Assembly (NCBI GenBank): GCA_963796275.1
Contig: CAWCKY010000003.1
Location: 1,618,737-1,682,736 of the forward strand
Direction: 5' to 3'
Length of the DNA stretch: 64,000 nucleotides
Source: an uncultured Acidobacteriota bacterium
GTDB lineage: Bacteria > Acidobacteriota > Blastocatellia > RBC074
Shown here: piece after piece, positions 47,374-59,039 of the stretch
How positions within the stretch are numbered: position 1 is the stretch's first letter
How the letters are laid out: every line of letters begins with the position of its first letter
Position numbers and translations under genes: made by a program
Notes under the pieces: generated by a model
The model's database searches: none
Seen by the model: only the letters and a program-made list of their open reading frames with translations
What the model was told of the DNA's origin: nothing

Positions 47374-47711
47374 GTAAAAGAGATTCGATCGACGATAATT
47401 GAGAAACCCGGAGGGATCGATGCTATGGCCAATCCGATCGCTGCATTATTTACCCCGGTGATCGAGGAAGTCAGGAGCAATCCACTCTCGGAAAGCTATC
47501 TTGAGTATCTGCGTCGGAAATTAACGGCGCATGGCGTGATGGTTTGATGTGAGCTATTGGCGAGCTGTCTTAACAGGCTTACGATAAACATCAAGACAGC
47601 TTACCGAAAGCTTAGGATTCCTCGGGATATTGCCTACGAGTGGCTTCAATCGGGTCGTCTATGGATGACATCGTATTTCTCGACATCATTCAAATTGTGA
47701 GCCGTGGGTGG

Positions 47712-48340
47712 CTACGACAGCCCCATAGATGTCTTGATGGCTGCTACCAGAAGCTCTTTACCAGTCTCTTTGGCTATTTCCAGCAATCCTTGCCCGCCCG
47801 CTTTCAAATACTCAACCACTTTGGCTGTGTTTCCTTCATTCGCTGCGATTTCTGCCTTTTCTGCCTTCCCCTGCGCGATGCCAGCTTGTGGAGACGGGTC
47901 TTGCCTTTTCGCCATCTCTTCCCGCAACTCGGCAAGCTGTTTTGCCAATGCAGGCAGGTCAATTGATTTTTCAAAGTGGTTCACGATCTGATTGAAGGTT
48001 ATATCGTGGGCGTGGGTGTGTAGTTTCAATTGTTCGGGAGACTGGTCACCAGCATCTTCAATCGCCTGTTCAACAACAACTCCGCCTGAGTCCTCTTTGA
48101 TACCAACCATACGCAGCCGGATGCCAGGATGCGAATTTTCCAGATGTTTAACAAAAGCGGGTAGCATGTCAAACTCAAGAGGGGCAAAGCCGTCTTTGAA
48201 CACTAGCCTTACTTTTGTCTTGTCTGCAAATAGCCTCTCAAACTCACCCGGGCTGTTTACTCTCTTGTAGAATATTAGTCTGGGATAGTCTATCGTCCGA
48301 GATTCAAGAATAGCTGATTCTGAATACCGGACGATATCCC
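47712..48340 (-). pseudogene. C-terminal fragment of a larger protein (resembles the tail of pentapeptide-repeat proteins)
   Basis: Open frame with PGEFERLF...L.FKDG but no convincing start. Confidence 0.35.
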
Positions 48341-48361
48341 ATTGTTGGAAAGTTTTCTATA

Positions 48362-48733
48362 CTATGAATCTAGGCTGATATCGAGCGGAGCGAGAGAGGC
48401 TTCCTTTTCAGTCTTTGCGATATCCACCAATGTCTTTCTGGTAGCTGCCGATGATGTTAGTTTCTTACCCTTGGCTGGTTTGTGGATTGCATCCTTCATT
48501 TTGATGGGGGTAGTAGTTTCAGTAACAGAACTTCTGATTTCTGCTGTGCCATTTCCATCGCAATGGATAAAAATCTCTTTGGTCTCGGATGAATTCTTTA
48601 TTTGGACGATAAACGATGTTTCTTGTTCTTCAGATTCTTCGAGTTTTTCTACAACTCTATGAATAGACTGTTCGATTTCCCAGTTCAGTATCTGAACTAC
48701 TTCTTGAAATGATCTTTTAGACGATTTGAACAT
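48362..48733 (-). CDS. Hypothetical protein
   Basis: AT-rich ORF with no recognisable motif. Confidence 0.35.
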   Translation of the reverse strand: MFKSSKRSFQEVVQILNWEIEQSIHRVVEKLEESEEQETSFIVQIKNSSETKEIFIHCDGNGTAEIRSSVTETTTPIKMKDAIHKPAKGKKLTSSAATRKTLVDIAKTEKEASLAPLDISLDS

Positions 48734-48929
48734 AGATATCCTTCTTAACAGATTTGAGAAGGTTCGGATGCGGAATGTAAGCGATGACAGCCGAACCAAG
48801 GTGCAGTTATTTACTCTATGCTTGGGCTATTGTCAAGAGGAGTATGTAGGTACTACATACGTATAAATAGTAACTGCAGCTATAGACTATTTAACAGAGG
48901 TGGTAGGGGGATGGGCCAGTGAATCCCCA

Positions 48930-49222
48930 TAGAAATGTTGAAGAAGGCACAATATCGAATTTGATTTGACTTCGAAGAATACAAAATACTCATTACAATC
49001 GATTGCCACTACTGTGACGCTAAACCTGTCTAAAGTGGTTCATTTAATAATGGTACCGACTATAGATTTTACGGATATACTCAAGGATAACTGATCGAGA
49101 ATGGTACTACTGTTTAGATTATTTGACACTGCGGAAGAAGCTGCTAAAGCATACGATGTGGTTACTAAAGAACAGTACGGAAACGTTGCCCGATTAAACT
49201 TTCCAGCGACACATGGATTATA
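48930..49222 (+). pseudogene. Degenerate phage-type HNH/AP2 endonuclease
   Basis: Broken frames give RRHNIEFDL..EEYKILITIDCHYC and a C-terminal AP2 motif FDTAEEAAKAYD...YGNVARLNF. Confidence 0.65.
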
Positions 49223-49882
49223 AAGCTACTTCCATCCATACACTCATACCATACTAAAGGCTGAGAGAATTGACATTTACCCAGCCCTATTTTGGCTGTG
49301 TATCTCAATGGTTCAACTCCATTCACCGCCATTTTTTCCTCCTACTTCAAATACAAAAAGCCTGGAGTATCTTGCTTCTCCAGGCTTATTTTTTCCTGTT
49401 GTCTCGATCTTCCAGCCATTAAACTGCCGATCCGCTCTAAACTTAGGTATATATTTGGCGGATTGAAGGTGAGCTTTCGGCGAGTTGTCTTGACTTGCCT
49501 ATGATAAAAATCCAGGCGGCTTGCTGATATCTCGCGTCAAACCTGCATCCCATAGGCACACAGCCGTCCAGATAGAAGCCCTCAAAAATCAAATTAATTT
49601 TCGCCCGTGGAAATCTGTGTTAATACCTGCAATTCTACGTCGTTGTCGCTTATGGACGGGCCGTTGGTTCCGCCGAGCGGGTTGAGCAATCCTCGTACTA
49701 TTCACAATTGTGATCGTGGGAAAAGATATTCGTCGCGGGCGCTGGTTTGGAAACGGTCACGTAATAGTAGCGGTCAGCGTGCTCGATGTCAGACGAACTT
49801 CGACCTGAGATGTAAGGTTACCAATCAGGCCGCTGATTGCGCTCCGTCGCGAGTGAAACAGACATCAAACGAAGGAAAACTT

Positions 49883-52408
49883 ATGCAAACCTTACTGCAA
49901 GACCTGCGCTACGGCGCGCGCATGCTGCGGAAGAATCTGGGCTTCTCGTTGATTGCAGTGCTGACACTGGCACTTGGTATTAGCGTGAACACGGCATTGT
50001 TCACCATCTACAATGCGTTTGTGTTGAAACCGCTGCCGCTCAAAGACCCGGACCGCATCACCAAAGTGAAGGGCTATGATCGTGAAGGCAACCGCAATGA
50101 CCTTTTTTCGTACCTCGATTATGTGGACTATCGTGACCGCAACACATCGTTTGCCGGGTTGATCGCGTGGAGTCAATTCACCGCGCCATTTGGCGAGCAA
50201 ACGGCGGAGGTTGCCGATTCATCCGGCTTTCCTGGTAATCTGGGTTTAGGTAACTTCGTCTCAGGCAATTACTTTACGGTGCTGGGTGCGGAGATGGCAT
50301 TGGGGCGCGGCTTCACGCCGGAAGAAGATCAGACACCCGGCGCGCATCCGGTGATGGTCTTGAGCCACATTTTTTGGGCGCGCCACTTCAATTCTGATCC
50401 ACACATCGTCGGCCGAACCGTTCGCCTGGCCGGACGGCCGTTCACGGTGATCGGCGTCACAGCGCCTGAATTCATTGGCGTGACACCGCTGCCGCCACAA
50501 TTTTGGGCGCCGCTGATGATGCGTGATCAGGTACTCGGCAGCCGGATCCGCCGCGAATTGAAAAGCGAACGCAGGGAGGATTCCTTCATCTTGACAGGCC
50601 GTCTGAAGACAGGCGTGGGGGTTGCGCAGGCACAAGCCGAAATGAATGTAATCACCCGGGAACTGGCGAGCTCTTATCCTGACCCACAGCGCAAGGCTTC
50701 GGTCAGCATCACCTCCGGCGCAACGTTTCTTCAACTGGACGACGAACTGAAAATGCTGGTCCCGCCCGTGCTGACCGCAGTGGGATTGGTGCTGTTGATA
50801 GCCTGCGTCAACGTCACGAATATGTTGTTGGCGCGGGCAGCGGGACGACAACGTGAGATTGCGGTGCGGTTAGCGCTGGGCGCCGGCCGCGCGCGTCTTG
50901 TGCGTCAACTGCTGACCGAAAGCGTGTTGCTGGGGGCGATGAGCGGCGCGGCGGGCTTGCTGCTGGCGGTTTGGGCAATTCGCCTTATCTATTCGTTGTT
51001 TTTGGCGCGGTTGCCCGTTCCGTCCGCGATGCTCGAACAAATCTCGCTCGATCTGTCGCCGGATTATCGCGTGTACAGCTTTGTTTTGCTGGCGTCGTTG
51101 CTGGCCGGAATTGCGGCGGGACTCGCGCCCGCCCTGCAATCATCGCGTCCCAATCTGAGCAAAGCATTGAAGAATGAAGGATCGACGTTTGGCGCGCAAC
51201 TTAGTCATTCACGTTTGCGCAACGCGCTGATTGTCGGACAAATCGCGGTGTGCCTGACTCTGCTGATTGCTGCCGGGTTGCTGACGCGCAATTTGCAAAA
51301 GGTGCAAATCATTGAGACGGGATTAGTCACTAAAAACACGTTCACGCTCGAACTGAGCGCACAGGGCATAGAGCCGAGCCGCGCGAACGAATTGTATAAC
51401 CGGCTGGCCGAGCGTTTGCGCGCGCTGCCAGGCGTGAAAAGCGTCGGCCGAACACAGCGGCGGCCATTTGCGGGCAGACAAACAACGCCAATTACCATTG
51501 CCGGACAGCAACAGTTTGCCGATCAGTCCTTGCAAGCGAATTACAATTTCGTCTCCGCGAATTATTTCCAAACACTCGGCCTGCGCATCACGCGAGGGCG
51601 CGGCTTCAGCGCACAAGAAGAGCAAGCAAATGCGCCCGTCGTCGTGATCAGTGAATCCACCGCGCGTCGCTTCTGGCCGCAGGAAAATCCCATCGGCCAA
51701 CACATCGGCATTGGCGCGGCGGTGCGGCAAGCGACCACTGATGGCAAGGCAAACTTTCCGCAATACGAAATAATCGGTCTGACAAACGACACGCGGCAGG
51801 GCCTGATTTGGCGGCCCGATGAAACTTGGCTGTACCTCCCGATGCCCACCGCACGGCCCGATGCCAGTAATGCGGGACAGCACCTGATCGTCAGCACGGA
51901 AAGCGATGTCCGCGCGGTGATGAGAGCATCGCAAAAGGAAGCTGCCGCGCTTGATCCAGGGCTGTTCGTGCTGATTCGCCTCGTTGACGACGCGCTGGAT
52001 GCGCAGATGATTCCGTTCCAGTATGTTGCCTTGCTGGCCGGTGCGCTGGGGCTGCTGGCGCTGGCGCTGGCGTCTATCGGGCTTTACGGCGTGATGGCGT
52101 TCATCATCAGCCAGCGTACCCGCGAAATCGGCATTCGCATGTCCCTGGGCGCGCAGCGTCGTGACGTCATCACACTCTTCCTCCGACAAGGCGGCAAGTT
52201 GATTGCAATCGGGGTTCTCATTGGCTTGGGAGGCGGCGTGGCGATTTCCGGTCTGCTGGCCATTGCGCTGGTAGACATCAGCCAATTCGATCCGCTGGCA
52301 TTTGGTGTGGCAGCGGCTTTTATGATTGGAGTCGCGCTGTTGGCCTGCTGGCTTCCGGCGCGGCGAGCAACAAAAGTTGATCCGCTGATCGCTTTGAGAT
52401 GCGAGTGA
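49883..52408 (+). CDS. ABC transporter permease, ADOP (MacB/FtsX duplicated) type
   Basis: MQTLLQDLRYGARML, LLIACVNV.N..LAR...RQREIAVR.ALGA and RRATKVDPLIALR. Confidence 0.93.
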   Translation: MQTLLQDLRYGARMLRKNLGFSLIAVLTLALGISVNTALFTIYNAFVLKPLPLKDPDRITKVKGYDREGNRNDLFSYLDYVDYRDRNTSFAGLIAWSQFTAPFGEQTAEVADSSGFPGNLGLGNFVSGNYFTVLGAEMALGRGFTPEEDQTPGAHPVMVLSHIFWARHFNSDPHIVGRTVRLAGRPFTVIGVTAPEFIGVTPLPPQFWAPLMMRDQVLGSRIRRELKSERREDSFILTGRLKTGVGVAQAQAEMNVITRELASSYPDPQRKASVSITSGATFLQLDDELKMLVPPVLTAVGLVLLIACVNVTNMLLARAAGRQREIAVRLALGAGRARLVRQLLTESVLLGAMSGAAGLLLAVWAIRLIYSLFLARLPVPSAMLEQISLDLSPDYRVYSFVLLASLLAGIAAGLAPALQSSRPNLSKALKNEGSTFGAQLSHSRLRNALIVGQIAVCLTLLIAAGLLTRNLQKVQIIETGLVTKNTFTLELSAQGIEPSRANELYNRLAERLRALPGVKSVGRTQRRPFAGRQTTPITIAGQQQFADQSLQANYNFVSANYFQTLGLRITRGRGFSAQEEQANAPVVVISESTARRFWPQENPIGQHIGIGAAVRQATTDGKANFPQYEIIGLTNDTRQGLIWRPDETWLYLPMPTARPDASNAGQHLIVSTESDVRAVMRASQKEAAALDPGLFVLIRLVDDALDAQMIPFQYVALLAGALGLLALALASIGLYGVMAFIISQRTREIGIRMSLGAQRRDVITLFLRQGGKLIAIGVLIGLGGGVAISGLLAIALVDISQFDPLAFGVAAAFMIGVALLACWLPARRATKVDPLIALRCE

Positions 52409-52574
52409 GTGCGATTCGTTCCTCCGAAATGACGCATCGGCGTTCGTTGAGGTTATTTCACCAGGACCTGCACGTTATGTGAGGAAAGACATTCATTCTG
52501 GTGCAGCATTGTGAAAAAGAAAGATTATGCTCGAGCTTGGTGGATTCGTCGGTGTCGCGTAGGATCAGCGCGTT

Positions 52575-53340
52575 TGATTTATGAAGAACAACGATTGCCT
52601 ACCACCGACACCGCGCAGATAGAGCGGCTTATCGAGCGATTCAAACAGGGACGGCTTGAACCTGGCGACGCGCAATCGATCGAGAAGCTCCTGCGCCTAC
52701 TGCTCACGATCATCTCGTTCCTACAAGGTAAGACCAGCACGCTGCTGAGGTTGATGCCAAATGTTGGGCGCACGTGGATCGCAAATTGAAGGAGTTGGAA
52801 GAAATCTTTCCGGTCGAGTGCCTGATCGTGCTGAAGACGATCAGAAGCATCTACCGAAACGACCACGAGACGGAGGGGATGAATAATCAGGAACGACTCG
52901 CATATCATCAGGCGAGGAGCGGTCCGCTTCTGGCTCAACTAGAAGAGTGGATCGAGGAGCAGTTCGGAAAACGAAGAGTCGAGCCGAACAGCGCCTTGGG
53001 GAAAGCGCTGCAATATATTCGTAACCACTGGAAAGGTCTGACGAGATTTTTATCTCACCCGTGAATCCCTCTCGACAACAACACGGGGGAGAGGGCGTTG
53101 AAGAAATTCGTGCAGTGGCCAAAGAATTCTCTCTTCTTCAAGACCGAACACGGGGCGGCGGTGAGCGGAATCCTGCTGAGCCTGATCGAGAGTTGCCGAC
53201 TCAACGGAGGCAATCCGTGGGAATACCTGTTGGTCTTGATCCGCCATAAAGATGAGGCGCGAGGAAATCCGGCAGCCTACCTGCCCTGGAATTATCCGCG
53301 CCGAGAAACGGAAGTAGAGGTGCAGGCGGAGGCCGCCTGA
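52575..53340 (+). pseudogene. IS66 family transposase TnpC relic (internal deletion, frameshift)
   Basis: N-terminal IERLIER..QGRLE fragment fused to VEPNSALGKALQY..NHW.GLTRF, LDNN..ERALK and SLIESCRLNGGNPWEYL. Confidence 0.8.
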
Positions 53341-53713
53341 GTCGGAAATGAAGTCTCGATCTGGCGCCAGACTTCGGCGAATTGGGCGCGATCTGGCAAT
53401 CCGTTATACAAGAGAACCTGAAGCTGCTGGGCCTCGATCGAATAGAGAGAGGTATCGGCCGAGCGCGGCCACCAGCGTAGCCGTCCTTGTGAGAACCGAC
53501 GCAGAATCAAGTAGAAGCCTCTTCCATCGTAGACCAACAATTTGAGTGCCGTGCCCGAACGATTCCTAAAGACAAACAGAGTCCCCGAAAATGCGTTCTG
53601 GGCAAGCGGCCCCTACAGAGGGCAACCAGTGAATCAATGCCTTTGCGGAAGTCGGTCGGATCGCAAGCAAGCAGAATGCGGAGGTGCGGGACAAGTTGAA
53701 TCATAATCATCAA
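53292..53713 (-). pseudogene. IS66 accessory protein TnpB (frameshifted)
   Basis: ILLACDPTDFRKGIDSL and LVYDGRGFYL..RRFSQGR..WWP. Confidence 0.85.
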
Positions 53714-54116
53714 AAGCGAAGAAAGTCCGCACAGAAAGCCGAGAGCGAGGCCGGGTCGAAAGAGGGCAGACAGATTGTGAGTTTGGCGCCATCTGGTCGT
53801 TCGATCACGACTCGATAAAGCGTTTCAGCCTCACTGTGTGAAGGGATCATGCTTTGTGGTGCGGGCGATAGTGGCGGCAACGGGAAGAACGCCGGCATCG
53901 ATTTGGTCGCTTTTGAGGAACCCGTGGAGCCTGGAGCGTCCGCGGATGAATCCGACAGACGCGGCAAATCAGCGAAGCCGGATGCTGATCAAGTAAGGCC
54001 AAAGCAGCCTGTCGGAGATGCTCTGGGGTGCGAGTTCGTATGCTGGCACGAGTACTCCGCCAAGTCTCGAACCTGGCCTTGAGCTTTAATAGAGCGGGTG
54101 AAATAGACGTTTTCAT
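53710..54116 (-). pseudogene. IS66 TnpA-like accessory protein (frameshifted)
   Basis: RFETWRSTR..RTRTPEHL...A..L and VIERPDGAKL; lies directly upstream of tnpB. Confidence 0.7.
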
Positions 54117-54511
54117 CTTATGGATGTCTGGATCATCAAATGTCTCGAACTGTCTTTTATCTTCTGGAAGTTTGGCAATCTTAAAAGGTTTACCGTTTGA
54201 AAACTCTTTTGGACAAATCCCCTTGTCTTTCATCCAGGTCAGAAATGAATTGAACGTAATGATTGATATGTTGCAATTGGTAGTGTTTAACCCTGCTTCT
54301 CTCCTATCTATCACAAATTTAGAAAGATTTTCTTCGTTGGGTATCTGGCCGATCTTTAGCCACCTATTGAAGACTCTCCAGCAACGTTTAATAGTGTGGG
54401 GAGAGAAGTTCTTTAGATTTTTCATCTCTTTGACATATTGCTCAAAAGCCCTTTGATCTTTTCCTTTTCAGGGATGTCGGCTATAGTGCTTTCTTTAAGT
54501 CCGTTTGTCAT
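54117..54511 (-). pseudogene. Tyrosine integrase, N-terminal (SAM-like) fragment truncated by IS66
   Basis: RBS AGGAG before ATG 54511; FEQYVKE..NLKNFSPHTI, FVIDRREAGL..T.CNI.I..FNSFL.W and KLPEDKR; adjacent to the tRNA. Confidence 0.65.
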
Positions 54512-54568
54512 CTTAGCTCTCCTATAATAGCTACAGAGAGCATCTTATTGAATTTATTTGACTTATCT

Positions 54569-54644
<76 letters not shown>

Positions 54645-54689
54645 TTTAGAATCAAGGATTTAGAGCAGGTCATTGGATCTGCTCTTTTC

Positions 54690-55168
<479 letters not shown>

Positions 55169-55176
55169 CTGTCGGT

Positions 55177-55605
55177 TCATCCCATCACCTCCTGACTTGC
55201 CCTTCTGCTCAGAAGCTGATCATAAGGAGTGATGATTGGGGGCGGTTGCTCATAGCGAGCCAGGTTGGGCGGCTCAAGTAACTCGACCGGCCGATGAGCT
55301 AGGCTCGAGGCCTGCATCAGATAGCGCACCGCTGCTGCATCCGTGCAACCCAACTCCAGCGCCTGTGTGATCGCCCGCTCTAAGGGCTCATAGCCTTGCT
55401 CACAACCGAGCAAGAGGAGTTCGATCATTGCCCTTGTTCCTTCTTGCTTGCCCAGTCGCTTTTGCAAATTCTCCCAGAACCGATCATAACTCGCGGGCCA
55501 ACGCCCTTGCTCTCGCCACTGTTTGAGTGGTGTCGAACCGGCCAACGCTCCCGGTTTGCGCTCCAGAACATGGAGGTAATGCTCGAGATTGAGGACCTGC
55601 CGGCC
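55177..55605 (-). pseudogene. istA: IS21 transposase IstA, C-terminal fragment
   Basis: [30 protein letters not shown] and YDQLL. Confidence 0.8.
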
Positions 55606-55619
55606 GCTCCCGGCCTCTG

Positions 55620-56047
55620 TTCCGGCAGATTTCGATCCGCTCAAGCCGGGGCATATTTATGTGGCTCCGCCTGATTACCACCTAATCCTTGAGCGCGGCC
55701 TTGTCAGGGTCACGCGCGGCCCGAAGGAGAACCGCTTCCGCCCAGCCATCAACGCATTATTCCGCTCGGTGGCTCGCGCCTATGGATCGCGCATCGTGGG
55801 TGTGGTTCTAACGGGGTATCTGGATGACGGCACGGCGGGACTCCGAGCTGTGAAGGATCGCGGGGGAATAGCCATCGTGCAGGATCCGGTGGAAGCGATT
55901 GCCCCCTCCATGCCGCACAGCGTGCTGCAAAACGTAGATGTGGATTTCTGCCTGCCGCTCGGCAAGATTGCGCTGCTACTGAGGCAACTAGCCCCTCCCC
56001 TTAGTAAGAAGAGTACTCAGCATCTCACTCAAATCCGCAGCTTCTGA
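55620..56047 (+). pseudogene. CheB methylesterase domain fragment (N-terminally truncated)
   Basis: [36 protein letters not shown] and VQDP..A..PSMP. Confidence 0.8.
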
Positions 56048-56388
56048 TTTTTCAAACGACATTTTTGTGACCCTTATTAGCGCATGAAATTTCTCAGATA
56101 TCACCGAAATCCAACAAGGTGGACACCAGTAGATAATTTCGCCGTGAGCGCACGAAAGCTCCATCGATTGTGGAGTCAAGACACTACGCGGATTTAACGA
56201 ATTCCGGCACGAGATATAGTCGTAACTGTATTGCCACAATCAGAGCCGGCTGGATTGGCATCCGCGAGTAATCTTGAAGCGAAGCCGAGCATCACCGAAC
56301 ACACAGCACGAACCTTGGCCACTGTCGTTCATAAGGAGTCGCAAACCCACGAATAGCAGGCATCGGGTGTACCGACTTTCTTTAGATC

Positions 56389-56402
56389 GTCCAATATTGG
56401 AC
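56389..56402. promoter_or_regulatory. Palindromic operator candidate GTCCAATATTGGAC (related copies at 58773, 59930, 62472, 62759)
   Basis: Perfect 14-bp palindrome, recurring in intergenic positions. Confidence 0.6.
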
Positions 56403-56804
56403 AGCAATTTATTCCGGGCTGGCTGATCATCAGTGTGGAATTTAAGAATTTAAAAGGAGCGTGATACGTGCCCAACGCAAAGATTGAACAAGACCCTCCG
56501 TGGTTCCACCGCAGGAGCGAAGAACTAAAAGAGGAAGTTGCAGTTCTAGCAGCTCAACTTGCCGAGTTAGTGCAAAAGGAATCTCCGTTCCTCCGCTATT
56601 ATTCGTAAGTTAGGTGAGTTCTTCGGTTTTGGAGCTGCTGGGAAGCTGGATTGGGCTCGATTCAAGCTCAATTTCAAACAGGAAGAATTGGATCGGTTCG
56701 AGGCTCAGACTGAGATGCTGAAAGTAGCAAATGAACACTGTGATACAGTACCTGAGCTCCCATCTAACTACAATACCGCTCGCAATCTCTTGAAAGGCAA
56801 AAAA

Positions 56805-57185
56805 ATGGCCGAAACCCATTTCACTGACATCATCATCGTTGGCAATAGCATATCTAAATTACCGCGCAGAGAAGGCAACAACAAAGAAGGCAAAGACCAA
56901 TTCATTATTACGTTTAGTCTCTCAAGCAGTCCTAGCGGACTCTGGATCGAGACTTTCAATCGGGTGTGGAAAAAACACGGCGAGCAGACATACTCATTAC
57001 AATCGCCAATTGTGAAAGATAACCATATTCAAATCATCTGCCCTCTAGACGACCAGCTCCAAGGTCATTTAGAAGACCTCAAGCGAGAGGCGGCTACAAC
57101 TAATCAGGTGTACCGGGAACAGCTTCGGGTAACAGACGAAGGGAGAAGCAATAATGATGAGATTCTCCGAAAACTCAGGTTTTGA
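56805..57185 (+). CDS. Hypothetical protein
   Basis: ORF MAETHF...LRKLRF with F.LSSSP...W.ETFNRVW segment. Confidence 0.55.
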   Translation: MAETHFTDIIIVGNSISKLPRREGNNKEGKDQFIITFSLSSSPSGLWIETFNRVWKKHGEQTYSLQSPIVKDNHIQIICPLDDQLQGHLEDLKREAATTNQVYREQLRVTDEGRSNNDEILRKLRF

Positions 57186-57213
57186 TCTCTGGTCAGCAAC
57201 TGGCATCAGACAT

Positions 57214-57459
57214 ATGGTAGGGGTATTTTGCTTAGCGCTGGCGGTGAGCACAGTAGTGCGGGGGCAGATCGAGAACAATCTCCAGGATGGGACTAAGCAA
57301 TCAGGAAAGGCGGCGCACGTCATTCGCGAGATTATGGACATGGCAGACAAATCGATTCCCCTTGATTTATTGAATGGCGCTGCGTGTGTCGCGGTCTTCC
57401 CTTCGGTCTTCAATGCAGGGGTTGTTTTTGACGGACGTGGAGGAGCTCACCTATTGTAG
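57214..57459 (+). pseudogene. SYLF/YSC84 lipid-binding protein, N-terminal fragment
   Basis: REIM...DKSIP.DLL..A.CVAVFPSV..AG.VF.GRGG, then stops. Confidence 0.65.
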
Positions 57460-57473
57460 TAAGGAGGAATCCA

Positions 57474-57793
57474 TGTCTAATCAAAATAGCATACAAACAC
57501 TTAGGGTAACTTCTGTTGGCTCATTTCCCCGCTTTCTCATTATGTTCATCCTGGTAGTGGTCGGGGCACTCGTGCTGATTGTCATTGGCAGATACGACCT
57601 GAGCATACCAGGGCTGGCCAGCAGTGCGTGGTTTTTTCTGGCTATCGCACTACTGCTGATAGTGGATATAGGCGGCGGCTTCTTGATGTTTAGGCGCAAG
57701 TCCGATGCAGGCGAAAGGTCTCTTTATCAGCCCGAAGTACTGCTGAATTGGGTGGAGACGAACGCGAAAACCAATCATCATGAGCCAACCTGA
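57474..57793 (+). CDS. Small two-TM membrane protein
   Basis: Strong RBS AAGGAGG upstream; two hydrophobic segments; start frame uncertain. Confidence 0.45.
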
Positions 57794-57879
57794 ATGCAAT
57801 AAGCGAAGATGAAAGAAGGGGCTGATGAGCGAGGACGCATTGCAAATCGTCCTGTTTCAAGTCCATTAAGGAGACCCAA

Positions 57880-58590
57880 ATGATCAGCATACGCGAATTC
57901 GCAAGTTCAATTTTTGGAGCTGAGATTTCAGCGCCTGTGATTGATTCACAAGATCTTTCCAGGTACCGAGATTTCCAATTTGGAGCGACCTTGCTCGAGA
58001 TCGCAGAACAGGGACATCTGAAACCGTCGGAGGCGAGGACGATCCACCAACGCCCGGCAGTGATTCAAGAACTGGGGTGGCAACCCCAAGGCTTTCCTAG
58101 CTCTTCGCCTCGAGCAGACTCAGTGAGGAACATACTTTTCAGTTTTTGCAACGGAGAGCTTTTTCGCATCGAGGTCACTTATGATCCGGATCGGACCGAA
58201 GGAATGACTGAGGAGGATATCATCGAAGCGATATCGGCGAAATACGGAACTGCCACCAGACCTGTCGCCGAGATCAATCTCACCTCGACTCAGCTCTATA
58301 ACGAAGGCGAAAAGCTAATATTAGATCAGAGCAAAAGGGTGATCGCGCGTTGGGAAGATTCGCAGTTCTTGTTCAATCTCTTTCAGTACTCCTCCCAGGG
58401 TGCTTTTGGCCTGGTCGCGTCTTCGAAACGGCGGGATGCTTTGGCCCAGGTTGCCATCGCCGAAGCCATCCGGCTTGATAAGCAAGAAGCTCCCCAAAGA
58501 GAATCCGAACGTCAAAAGAAAAAGATTGGGGAGAGTCGTGCCAGATATAAAAAGGCCAGGCGAGCAAACAAGGCGCCCTTTCGCCCTTAG
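57880..58590 (+). CDS. Hypothetical protein
   Basis: RBS AAGGAG; 236-aa ORF with a degenerate paralog at 59040-59580. Confidence 0.7.
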   Translation: MISIREFASSIFGAEISAPVIDSQDLSRYRDFQFGATLLEIAEQGHLKPSEARTIHQRPAVIQELGWQPQGFPSSSPRADSVRNILFSFCNGELFRIEVTYDPDRTEGMTEEDIIEAISAKYGTATRPVAEINLTSTQLYNEGEKLILDQSKRVIARWEDSQFLFNLFQYSSQGAFGLVASSKRRDALAQVAIAEAIRLDKQEAPQRESERQKKKIGESRARYKKARRANKAPFRP

Positions 58591-58898
58591 ATTAGACAGG
58601 CTCGCAAATGTACCGCTTGCGCGAACATTTGCTCGGCACCGGTGAGAGATGGAATGCTAAGCTCAGATACAGTTCATCGAGAAAGCGAATCAACACCTCG
58701 ATGACCGCCTCACTGCTTACCTCGCTCAGATCTCCTAGCTCTGAGGGCTTAACGATGATTCTTTTCAACCTTGTCCAATAGTGGACGGCAACCCCTGCCA
58801 AGACATCCTATCATTCAAATTCAAATCGGAGTCGGGTTAAGGCAACGGCGCACTCGACTCGGAGTATGTGTTCAAAAACCTAGATTTGGAGGCGGGCT

Positions 58899-59024
58899 AT
58901 GCTCTGGACAATCTTCACTATACTTATTGTTCTGTGGTTGTTTGGCATGTTGTTGTTGGGCCTGTCCGGCGGGGTCGGCGGTTCATTGATTCATTATCGC
59001 GGCGGTAGTTTATTCCCACGGTAG
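58899..59024 (+). CDS. lmo0937-family small membrane protein (possibly degenerate)
   Basis: RBS GGAGG; MLWTIFTILIVLWLFGM...GGSLIH. Confidence 0.6.
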   Translation: MLWTIFTILIVLWLFGMLLLGLSGGVGGSLIHYRGGSLFPR

Positions 59025-59039
59025 TGTTGATCGTCAATT

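Noticed and set aside
49607-49882. N-terminal extension of the permease ORF (likewise 32043-32189 for rfbD and 13421-13561 for DUF1326)
   Set aside because: Family-typical starts lie downstream; the extensions run through intergenic or repeat DNA or the neighbouring gene
53292-53713. RNA-guided TnpB nuclease
   Set aside because: This is the unrelated IS66 accessory TnpB (DFRKGIDSL motif) with no RuvC or zinc finger
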